The notes below the pieces were generated by a model. That model was not told where the DNA came from. It saw only the letters and a list, made by a program, of their open reading frames with translations, and searched no databases. From Psammoneis japonica (Eukaryota), in assembly GCA_008632985.1 (NCBI GenBank), contig QPGO01000005.1, positions 951,607-1,015,606 on the forward strand: 64,000 bases of DNA. The letters are read 5' to 3'. Position 1 is the stretch's first letter; the number at the start of each line of letters is the position of its first letter. Both the position numbers and the translations under genes were made by a program. Below are positions 11,692 to 21,462 of this stretch, in pieces.

Positions 11692-13371
11692 ATGCCGTCC
11701 ATGAGATGCATTTTCGGAATAGTCATACCGTTTCTTCTGGCTACAACCAGTAAGGCCTTTCTCCGAGGTTTAGAATCGCCCGAGGGCAGGGAGATGCACT
11801 ACTGGTATGATGTGGACTTCGAAGCAGATCTTGTCGATGGGGATAAACCAGACGATGAGACAATGGTTTGTATCGAAAGGTCAATGGCAACTCACATGAA
11901 TCATATCGCGCAAACTTTCTTCGACGAGCACCAACAGCCGCAAACGCAGCCCGAAGAAGCCACAAAGTGGGCAGTGGAAAAGATCACGTTCGAACCTGAA
12001 TTTGCAAAGATCGTGCTGATTGTGGAGAGCAACGATACAGCCACAGTCAAAGTGATCAAGGATGGTGAACCTAACAAGGTCGAACAGGTAGTGTTGGAGG
12101 AAACGCCACCCTCTACCCAGCGTTTGCGAAGGATGCAGGATTGGTACAGACATTTGAAGAATGGAAAAGGAAACGGAAACGCGTACGGACACACGAAGGG
12201 GAACGGAAATGGGAGAGGAAACGGAGGTAATAACGGGAGAAGAAGGGGTTGGTATAAAGGTCGCATGAACACGAAATCTCGTTGCAGGCATTGCCCTCAT
12301 GACAACACTGACTATGGCCGAAAACTGAATGGCGTAAACGGGGTGAATTTCGAGACAATTATGAATGTACAAGTACGGGATGCAGTTTGTACCGACTGCG
12401 AAGGAGTAATCATCAGAAACTCTACATTCTCGTTGGTAAAACAAGGAGCCATCGTACGAACAAGTGACCCCGAGTACACAGAAAGTAGCGATTCTGAGTC
12501 ATCTGAAGAGGAAGAATCCGCTCCTGAGCCTCAGGTTGCTTTAGGCGGTGATGGCTTGGGAGCCGTCGTCGAAGAAACCACTCCCGAGCTTCAGGCCGTG
12601 TCGGGTGGCGATACCTTAGGTCAGCCGTCAACAAACGACTCTTCTGAGCCCGAAGAAAACGGAGAACCTGCAGAAAAAGCTGTGTCTGCTTTGGATGGCA
12701 ATACCTTGGGTGATTCAGTTGAGAGTGATTCTGACTTATCTGAAGAACCCGCTCCCGAACCTCAGGCTGAATCAGGCGGTGATACTTTGGGCCAGCCGTC
12801 GGCAAACGACTCTTCTGAGCCCGAAGAAAACGGAGAACCTACAGTTGACACTGTGTCGAACTCAGATGGGAATAGCCCGGGTGCTGCAGTTGACAGTGAT
12901 TACGAGGCATCTGAAGAGGAAGAACCAGCTCCCGAACCTCAGGCTGGATCGGTCGGCGATATCTTGGGTCCGCCACTAACAGCCGTTTCAGCTGAGCCTG
13001 ACGCAGAAGAAAACACTGCTCCAGAACCTCAGTCTGGATCAGGTGGCAATACCTTAGATACATACGTTGAAGCAGCTGAGTCAGACGAAGAAGAAAACGT
13101 CGCTCCTGAACCTCAGGTTATTTCAGGTGGCGACACCGTCGAAGCAGCTGAGCACAACGAAGAAGTAAGCCCCGCCACCGAACCTGAAGCCGCCCCAGCT
13201 GAACCTGAAGAAGTCGAAACCCCCTGGGGAAAGTTTAAGACCTTGTCTTCATGGTTAAAAAAGCATCCGGGAAAGGACTCCGAAGAAGAAGAAGAAGAGC
13301 CTGCACCAAAGTTAAGATCTGGTTCCGGTGGAGCTAACACTGGTCGCAGGAGAAAATCAGGAAGCAAATAA
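11692..13371 (+). CDS. Secreted protein with basic Gly/Asn segment and acidic Pro/Glu repeat region (cell wall/extracellular-type)
   Basis: 559-aa ORF with an N-terminal signal peptide (…TSKA-FLRG), RRM/RKL basic motifs, 'SRCRHCPHDN' and repeats 'APEPQAxSGGDTLG'. Normal dinucleotide content. Confidence 0.8.
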   Translation: MPSMRCIFGIVIPFLLATTSKAFLRGLESPEGREMHYWYDVDFEADLVDGDKPDDETMVCIERSMATHMNHIAQTFFDEHQQPQTQPEEATKWAVEKITFEPEFAKIVLIVESNDTATVKVIKDGEPNKVEQVVLEETPPSTQRLRRMQDWYRHLKNGKGNGNAYGHTKGNGNGRGNGGNNGRRRGWYKGRMNTKSRCRHCPHDNTDYGRKLNGVNGVNFETIMNVQVRDAVCTDCEGVIIRNSTFSLVKQGAIVRTSDPEYTESSDSESSEEEESAPEPQVALGGDGLGAVVEETTPELQAVSGGDTLGQPSTNDSSEPEENGEPAEKAVSALDGNTLGDSVESDSDLSEEPAPEPQAESGGDTLGQPSANDSSEPEENGEPTVDTVSNSDGNSPGAAVDSDYEASEEEEPAPEPQAGSVGDILGPPLTAVSAEPDAEENTAPEPQSGSGGNTLDTYVEAAESDEEENVAPEPQVISGGDTVEAAEHNEEVSPATEPEAAPAEPEEVETPWGKFKTLSSWLKKHPGKDSEEEEEEPAPKLRSGSGGANTGRRRKSGSK

Positions 13372-13677
13372 CATTACCGAGGAGTTTCGAGGTGAGAGCG
13401 TCGTAAAGAATGAGAGATGGACAGTTGTTTATACGTCTCTTCCTTTGATGCTGATTCCTTGTTGTCGTCGTGCGCACAGTGAATATACAGACATTTTAGA
13501 AGGTTGTTGCCGCAAGCGCATTAACCTAGTCTTTATCTTCCAACTTCATGTAGTGCTCGTGTCCATTTATCATCTTTCAAAGCAGGGAAATAACAATTAG
13601 TTTGGCGGCGGAACAAATAGCTAGTAGCGAAGACGATTTTAAAACAACCTGCAACTCGCATCGCCTACAAGTAGGCG

Positions 13678-14526
13678 CTATGCTTTCTTTTGTGCACTTT
13701 CCAACATTGCAGTCCACTGTTGCAGCAGCGTATCAATATTCTCCTTCATGAGCGTTCCACAACCACCCCAAACCATTCGATCTGGAATATCGGCGAAGTC
13801 ATCGCCAACATACTTGACAATCTTGAACCCGGATCGTTCATAATAGCGTACAAGTCGACGATGCTGTTTTTCTTCATCATCGATTGCTAGAAACTCAGCA
13901 ATAGTACAACCTTTATCCCGACCATGTAAAAGACATAGAAATCCCAACAAGAGACCCGGTCCACTGTTTTCCAATTTACCCAATACGACGCGAATGATAC
14001 AAATAATGAGCAGACGAGTCGAAATTCAAACTTATGAACAATAAGCCACACCGCACGAAGCAAGACAGAAGAGCACTTACAACAGAGTCCCTCCTTTCAC
14101 GAAATCTGGATTGTCCTTCTTTGCTTGAGTCACCATTTTCTGAAAGACCTCCATCTTGTCCAAGTGCAAAACGCTTCCAGCAGGCCGTATGAATCCCTCA
14201 CAGTATCCCAAAATTTGTGATGCGTTTTGGGTGGAGCGAGCCACCGCACGATAACCGGGTCCCAAAGTGTTGAGTGTCATGTTGATTCCTTGATTTGTAG
14301 CATACTCCAACAACTGACTTTCACTCCATATATCTGTTGCCTTGTCTGTTTGCGATAATTGGAGAGCAGAAACGAGACCGGGTGACTGTTTTTGCCGCTG
14401 CGGACGGAAACACCAACTGTGAAAAGCTGTGAAAGATGCGCATTGACTTGCTGTTGAGAAGAAGAGCACCAAAAACTTGTAACTACAGAAACTTTTCAAT
14501 CGTTTTGTTGTAACCATGGTTGCCAA
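13678..14526 (-). CDS. Conserved plastid-type GNAT-like protein
   Basis: Two exons, 14526-14081 and 13963-13678, GT-AG intron in frame (…TL F GPGLL). Motif 'LAIDDEEKQHRRLVRYYERSGF…MVWGGCGTLM' recalls a conserved plant/algal protein. Signal-like N-terminus 'CAS-F'. Confidence 0.75.
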
Positions 14527-14805
14527 TGATTAACGGGTAGGAGGATTTTTTGTCACAAACGCTTTGTCGATTCGTGAAGTCCATTGCCATCACGTGCTCA
14601 CGTGGACGACAAAAAATGAGTAAGTGCCACTATGGAATACAGAATCTCATATTGTAGTTGCTTCTGATGATGACGTTTGCTTCAGTATCCTGCGCATGGC
14701 TTTTTTGAGGTTCCGTTTCGTTGAAAGATCCGATTTTGAGATTCCAGAAATTGCCGCCTTGTTGTTCATGTTGTCAGTAGCAACTAACAACAGCTCGTCG
14801 CGGTA

Positions 14806-15920
14806 ATGAAGACGGCTTCCAAGTTTGTATTTGTATTGTCATTAAAGGCAGTTCGAGCCTTTGTAACACCGGGCTTTTTTCATCCGAGAATCAATAGTAG
14901 CAGCAAAACGCGATTTCAAATGTCATCATCATCCAGAGAAACACTCATGGACGTCATGTCTGAAGCTGTGGCCAAATCGTTGGGTCGCGACGAGGTACGG
15001 TTGGAGCCAGCTCGAGGTGCGGGTGCCGGGGTGGTGGTGGTGCTAGTGTTTCGGCAGCGGTCGACTCTGTTTCGGGTGACAAGTTCTTTATTAAAACCGC
15101 AAAGGTTGCAAGTGGCGGTGGCAAAATGTTGCGTGCCGAATATCTAGGTGTCAAGGCCATGTCGGATACCAACACCATTCGTGTGCCCAAGCCCATTGCA
15201 TACGGAGAAGGCGGCCCTCTCAATTCTGCCTTTGTTGTGTTTGAGTATCTTGACATGGGCGGTGGAGGCTCGGGCTATGAACTAGGGGTCCAACTCGCAA
15301 AAATGCACAAGTGCACGAGTCCCGAAGGATTTGGTTTCGAGGTGGACAATACATGCGGAGCAACGCCGCAACCAAATCTACCACGCATGATGGATTGGGC
15401 TGAATTTTGGGATACTCATCGATTGGGTCACATGCTGAAATTGACAAATCGAGTGGGGTGCTCGGAGAAGCAAATTGAGAAACTACGTGCCAAAACAAAG
15501 GAATTGTTATCGCACAACCCCGAGCCCAGTCTGATTCATGGCGATTTGTGGGGTGGCAACAAGGGATATGCAAAGATTGATGGAAAGAGCGTAAGTGCAG
15601 AAAATTGACAATCGTTACTTCTGCAGCATTTTTCAATATTATACAGTAACTGCTTCGTCTCTTTCTCTCAGGTACCCGTCATTTTTGATCCTGCAACCTA
15701 CTATGGAGACCGAGAGGCCGACATTGCCATGACGTATTTGTTTGGAGGCTTTGGAAACGACTTCTACGACGGATACGAGTCGGAATGGAAACTTCCAGAG
15801 GGACACAAACAACGGCGCACAGTATATAACCTATATCACATTTTGAATCATTGTGTTTTATTCGGAGGTGGCTACTGCTCACAAGCCAAGGGAATGATTG
15901 AGCAAATTTTAAGGTTTTAA
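14806..15920 (+). CDS. Fructosamine/ribulosamine 3-kinase family protein, probably plastid-targeted; one apparent 1-nt frameshift at ~15028
   Basis: 'VRAFV' presequence, 'MLRAEYLGVKAM…IRVPKP', 'FGFEVDNTCGATPQPN', 'PSLIHGDLWGGN', 'IFDPATYYGDREADIAM'. Intron 15591-15671. Confidence 0.88.
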
Positions 15921-16000
15921 AAGCAAACTACTCCCAAAAACAAATGAATGTAGAGCAGTTACATGGGAGCTTTATCATGTTGCATATTCTACTGCTAGTC

Positions 16001-17704
16001 TCACATGAATGAGTATGCGGAATAGATTCGCGGCCGAACCAGACTCATTTGATCGGGTTGTTTGCGACTCACAATGGGCGTTCGACACAGTGGACAGTAT
16101 CGTCGACATGAGCGCTCGGCACATGCCGCACAAAGTACACAATGGCGGCATGGCTCAAACACAATTTCGACACTCACTTGTTGACACACCATGCATTGGT
16201 CACGAAGTTGTTGCGGATGATCTTTCGCCGCCGCCGCCTCCTGCTTTGCCGCAGCAGCCTTTTCATGCCGTTTCCGTTGTGCCTTTTCCTTGACTAGTAC
16301 TCGATTCCATCGTTGCTTTATTTGATTATGCGACTCGAATGTCTGTCGAAAGTCTTCCTTGTGGGCGCCATACTCGTAGCTCGACGGTGTGTCGTATCCT
16401 GCATAGCGAAGAGTATAGTGTCCCAAATTGTACTCCACATTCAAGTCGTATGCCTGACACGCGGCATTCACCACCTTTCGTTCCAATCCCAGAGCCCGGG
16501 CCGCATCGGTTGCACCACGAAAACAAACAACCACAGAGTTACTCGCTTTCTCCACCACTTCGATAACCTTTTTTGGTCGAAGTGGTGTCTTTTGTGGCTT
16601 GCGTACAGGAGCAAGTTTGGACAAATCAAAGAACGGATACTTGGACGGCAAGGCCGGTATGCTGTGTGATTCTGGGTTTTCCGTCGATTCTTTGGTTCGT
16701 GCAGTACCCAAAGGCGGCGATGTCGTTGCTACTGAAGACTTTGAGTCCAACGTGTTTGATGCGCCCGACGCCTTGGAAGTATTGGTGTACATTTCAATTG
16801 CACTTTCAGCCACCATGCTGAGCAATTCCGTGCCCATTTTCTTCCTGGTGACCCCCTCTTCCATCATTGGAGAACCCTGGACGTTTGCTTCCTTGTCTGG
16901 TTGCGCTGTTGGATTGCAGCTTTCTTCTTCTGCTGCGGGAGTTCCCTCTTTGGTTCGTCACCACCTTTTGTCTCATTGTCGTTTTCCAAGTCTCGCTTTC
17001 TCTTCTTGTTTGCAGTGTCGCCTGTACTTCCCATTTCATCAGCATCATTGATGCCATCAGGCAGTCTATTGCAATCGTCAGGTGGTTTGACCGTTTCTCC
17101 AGATAATCCCATTACTGCCGCGGCACTAAATTGTATTCACAAAAGAAGAAGAAAAGTGAGTATGAGTTTTTGATTCTTTTCTTATTTCTTGTATTCGAGT
17201 TGTGCTGAACGTCATCTGAGACGTATTGCAACAACAACAACAACTACTACTTTTGCAATATGTTACTCACCAAATAGCACGCTGCAATGCCTCCTGTTTG
17301 GTTTCATACATTCCATAAACGCCCTTTCCCGCAAGCAAACTAGCCCAATTAGAAGTTCCCTTGTGAATTCTAACCGCATCACAGTCGACCGTCACATTGT
17401 ACTTGGTTTTGAATTCTTCCAACGGCATGACGCAAATGTCCCTCCATAACTTATCGTACAAGGCCTTGTGCTTTCCGGCAAATACAGACGGGACATGGTC
17501 TTGTAACTTGTTTTGGTTCTGAGTGGCATCCGTGTCTTGCTGATTTACAGGAGTCCCATCAGCATGAGAAGCGGTTGGAGCTGCCTGATTGTTTTCGGCT
17601 GGTGCTTTTGACAAAGGGAGGGGATCGTTGGCTTGTGCGGTGGCCTCATTGACGGTGCTCTTGCTGCTTGACAAACTTTCTGACTGCTCATCTGAGGTAT
17701 TCAT
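16001..17704 (-). CDS. Protein with C-terminal C3HC4 RING finger (putative E3 ligase); apparent 1-nt frameshift at ~16950
   Basis: 'CMVC…FEPCRHCVLCAACAER…CPLCRTPI'. Exon 17704-17271, intron 17270-17126. The second exon changes frame near 'gaaccaaagaggga'. Confidence 0.75.
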
Positions 17705-18066
17705 AGTGAAATTTGAAGCCGTGGTGCGTTGTAAATGACTAGAAGTAGAACAGTAGCAGTGACTCTCGTTTCTACCGTCTCGTTTATGTCATCATGGCGA
17801 ACAAAAAATGAGCCCAACGAGCGCTCAGTATGTAGCGGACAGCCAGACAGACGCTCGACTGAAATATTTTATTTAGTATACACACATTTATAAATTTGAA
17901 TTTTTTTAACGGCCGCTGCAAATCTTGCCGGCACGCTCGTGCCCCCGCTGAGCAGTCTCGCAAAGAAAGCAATGGACGACAGCAAAAAAGAAGCACAGCG
18001 CTTGCTTCGTTTCACACTGTCTTGAACATTGGGTAGTATAAAATCACATTGCAGTACTGTACATGA

Positions 18067-21000
18067 ATGAATGGTATGGCCGCCATGATTGTCGCAGACG
18101 AGCTAAACGAAAACAACCTCGACGTGATTCCCAGTGTTAGTAGCGGAACGGAAGACATGGTACCCGAGCCGGTTCCAAGCGTCAGTCGAACAACCAGCGG
18201 CAGTAGCAGTCCTCATGATGATGATGATGATCAAGATGCTAATAGTTGTGATGATGCAGATGATGAGAGCTATTGCTACGAGTCTGATTATGAGTACATT
18301 GACGAAGCTACCGACGAGGAAGAAGAAAGCAAGACAGCAGCAGAAGAAGAAGTCTCTCCGGGACTGACGGGAAAGCGGAGAAGCTTTTCACCCACGAACG
18401 AGTCTGTATACTTGAATGATGTATCCACCAAGAGCTCAAGGCGAAAGGGGAATCTCAAAACGACCGGTCTCGAAGATGAAGAAGACGACGACGATGTACC
18501 GTACAAGTACTTTCCTCCCGCATTTCTACAGAATCATACCGCTGCCACTCTGCCTCCGCCGCATTTCCTTGGAGAGCAAATTTGCCCTCTCTGTAATCGC
18601 GAAGAACACACGCCTGTTGTGGATTGTGCCATGATTACGTCGTGGCAAGGAATGAGTCAAGACAGTGTTGCGGGTATACTGTCCGTTCCATCCTCGTGTG
18701 TCATGGCTTGCATGATTCGGAGATTCAACGAACCTACTGAACAACCGAACCGACTCGATGAGGCTGCTGCTGACATTACGACCCGTATGGGTAGAGTGAT
18801 GGATCAACAGAGACGACTTATGGAGGCGACCATGCGTCGTCCAACCTTCAGAGCAGTACCTAATGATCCTTTTCATGATGATGATGACGACGACGATGCT
18901 ATTGAAGCTGCCATTTTGATGGGAATGGACCCTCCCCCAGGGGACAGATTTCAAGCACGCAGAATGATGCCTCCACACGCTAGGATGCAGATGCACAGGC
19001 TAGCAGTAAGACGCCGGGAACGGGCCGCAGCGGCGTTTGAAGGAGCAGCGTCGGCACCGGCTGCCGGAGCCTTTGGAGCAGCGTCGGCACCGGCAGCAGC
19101 CGCTACCATTGGTGGTGAAGCAACATCCACCACCCGACCATCCGCGATGGCACCTGCAGTAGCGCCCGGTGGAAGAGCGAACGCGGTACCTGCACCGGCA
19201 GTTACTCTTGCACGTGAAGTTACTGCCAGCACCCAAGAATCAAATGATGTAGCCGAAGAACCAAGCTCCCGAGAATCAATCGAGGTAGCCGCAGCCGTTT
19301 CGACAGTGGCCGTCCGTCAAGTCGACGAATTGGAAGCTACTGTTCCGACCGCTACCCGCCTCCGAGAATCAAACGAGGTAGCCGCAGCTGTTTCGACAGT
19401 GGCCATCCGTCAAGTCGACGAATGGGAAGCTACTCGTCCGACTGCTACCCGCCTCCGAGAATCAAACGAGGTAGCCGCAGCTGTTTCGACAGTGGCCATC
19501 CGTCAAGTCGACGAATTGGAAGCTACTCGTCCGACCGCTACCCTCCGAGAGTCAGACGGAGCAGACGCAGATTTACCGACGGTAGCAATGCGAGAAGCAG
19601 ACGACGAAGAACCCGCAGTTGCACCGACCGCGCCATCCCAAGAATCAAACGCGATAGACGCAACTGTATCGACTGCGTCCCTCCCAGGACGAAACGAAAC
19701 AGCAGCAACAGCTGGAGTAGCAGTTAGGGTTGGGTGCCAGGCAGCTGCGGCAAGCTCGCACTTTGAAACTAATGTCAGGAATATTCAGAATGAACATGAA
19801 GCCTTTCTCAGATTGACCGTGCAAGAGAATGAAGCTACGACCAGCACAGATGCTGCTACTACTGAAGCCAATAATGGCGCTACTGAAGCCAACGACGGAA
19901 ACTGGACTTGTCCCATTTGTATCGACGACGAAGTGGCAGAAGAAGACAGGCTCAGCATGGATTGCGGCCATGCTTATTGTCGTGATTGCTGGGCGCAGTT
20001 TTTACTCACCATGCTGCAGGCTGCGAGGGAGGCCGGCGGAAGGCTCAACATGTCAACCTCGTGTCCCCATGATCAGTGCCGTCAGAATATCACGAGAAGT
20101 CATGTTGTGGAATTCGCGCCTCATTTACTTTCTCAGTATGATGAGCTAGCCCTCAACTCCTTTGTCCAGACCAACAGCGCGACGTTGCGATGGTGCCCGG
20201 GTCCCAACTGCGACCACGTTTTGGTGAACTCTCGAGATGCGGCACTAGGACCACACTTCGCCAGCTGCCAAGCCTGCAATGGTCGATATTGTTTCCAGTG
20301 TGGCGGAGGCGCTCACGAACCACTACCATGCAACATGGGTTTGCGCATCGACCTAACTGGAGATGGACCTACGAACCGGACTGGAAACGAACCTACGAAC
20401 CGGGCTGTAGATGAACCGACGAACCCATTCATTGACGACGAGATGGACTTTGCTATTGGTTTACGGGCTAACTTACGAGACCTGATTGCGGGTGGCCCAG
20501 GGCTGCGGAGAGCGTCAAAGACGGACAAGAAAATAAGACTTTGCCCACAGTGCAAGACTCCGATTGAAAAGAACGGAGGCTGCAATCACATGACTTGTAA
20601 GTGTGGTCACCATTTCTGCTGGCTTTGCATGGCTGACATGAACTTGCAAAATGCGGGCCACTTTTGTGGTCGAGAACCCAGACTACCAGGGACTCGTCGA
20701 AACGCCAACCCGTTGGCGATGCAGGGAAATAGAATCGACCTTGATTATCTTGCAGAAACCGTACAACGCCCTGAGTCGAACTGTGACGAGTCTGTCGTGA
20801 ACGATATACGGGAACGGAGGCGCGAGCTGCAACGTTATGTGCATTATTACGACCGCTATGTCGCACACCGAGAAGGGCAAATGTTTGCAGAAAACCAGTG
20901 CCACTGCCTTTCAGTCCGTGCGGATGACTTTGCCCGAACGTCGTCACTGCAGAATGGTGTCGAGACGGACTTTTTCCAGATGGCGAATGCGCGCTTGGTT

Positions 21001-21339
21001 GCTAGCCGTCGAATGCTGAAGTATTCCTACTGCTATTTGTATTACAAGTTGGATCCTAGCAACCTTGGTAGCCATATATCTTCCTCGCAAGAGTTTGAGG
21101 ATAGCGATTGTCCGGCGGACAGTGCCATGTCGGCCTCGCTTCCCACGTCTTTGGCGCTGTTTTTGGATCACCAGGAAAGGCTAGAGAGAATGACGGAGCG
21201 CTTATCTTATTTGAGCGAGAACGCTGTGACCCGAACGGACCGACAGCGCGTGATAGATATGATCAACACACTTGACCGTTGCATGCAAGCCGTTGCAGCA
21301 ATGTCACTCGAAGAGCTAGATTCCGAATCGAAACGCTAG
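18067..21339 (+). CDS. RBR-family (Ariadne-like) E3 ubiquitin ligase
   Basis: 1090-aa ORF with RING1 'CPIC…CGHAYCRDCW', IBR 'RWCPGPNC…CFQCGGGAHEPLPC', RING2 'CPQCKTPIEKNGGCNHMTCKCGHHFCWLC' and Ariadne-like 'RYVHYYDRY…RRMLKYSY'. Confidence 0.93.
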   Translation: MNGMAAMIVADELNENNLDVIPSVSSGTEDMVPEPVPSVSRTTSGSSSPHDDDDDQDANSCDDADDESYCYESDYEYIDEATDEEEESKTAAEEEVSPGLTGKRRSFSPTNESVYLNDVSTKSSRRKGNLKTTGLEDEEDDDDVPYKYFPPAFLQNHTAATLPPPHFLGEQICPLCNREEHTPVVDCAMITSWQGMSQDSVAGILSVPSSCVMACMIRRFNEPTEQPNRLDEAAADITTRMGRVMDQQRRLMEATMRRPTFRAVPNDPFHDDDDDDDAIEAAILMGMDPPPGDRFQARRMMPPHARMQMHRLAVRRRERAAAAFEGAASAPAAGAFGAASAPAAAATIGGEATSTTRPSAMAPAVAPGGRANAVPAPAVTLAREVTASTQESNDVAEEPSSRESIEVAAAVSTVAVRQVDELEATVPTATRLRESNEVAAAVSTVAIRQVDEWEATRPTATRLRESNEVAAAVSTVAIRQVDELEATRPTATLRESDGADADLPTVAMREADDEEPAVAPTAPSQESNAIDATVSTASLPGRNETAATAGVAVRVGCQAAAASSHFETNVRNIQNEHEAFLRLTVQENEATTSTDAATTEANNGATEANDGNWTCPICIDDEVAEEDRLSMDCGHAYCRDCWAQFLLTMLQAAREAGGRLNMSTSCPHDQCRQNITRSHVVEFAPHLLSQYDELALNSFVQTNSATLRWCPGPNCDHVLVNSRDAALGPHFASCQACNGRYCFQCGGGAHEPLPCNMGLRIDLTGDGPTNRTGNEPTNRAVDEPTNPFIDDEMDFAIGLRANLRDLIAGGPGLRRASKTDKKIRLCPQCKTPIEKNGGCNHMTCKCGHHFCWLCMADMNLQNAGHFCGREPRLPGTRRNANPLAMQGNRIDLDYLAETVQRPESNCDESVVNDIRERRRELQRYVHYYDRYVAHREGQMFAENQCHCLSVRADDFARTSSLQNGVETDFFQMANARLVASRRMLKYSYCYLYYKLDPSNLGSHISSSQEFEDSDCPADSAMSASLPTSLALFLDHQERLERMTERLSYLSENAVTRTDRQRVIDMINTLDRCMQAVAAMSLEELDSESKR
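19269..19550 (+). repeat. Three in-frame tandem 93-bp (31-aa) repeats inside the RBR gene
   Basis: Unit RESNEVAAAVSTVAIRQVDE(L/W)EATRPTATRL. 'ccgagaatc' recurs at 93-nt spacing. Confidence 0.9.
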
Positions 21340-21462
21340 AGAGATGTGTTGCCAGCAATGTGCTCATTGACCGTAATTTTCCTATATATTCAGGTACTGT
21401 TATATCCTTTTAAGATTATCATTATGGAAAGAATAGGTCACCGGTAGCTTATCTTATTCGTA

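Noticed and set aside
14995..15010. 16-nt GT-AG micro-intron in the fructosamine kinase gene
   Set aside because: Far shorter than the 70-150 nt introns seen here. A homopolymer indel is simpler.
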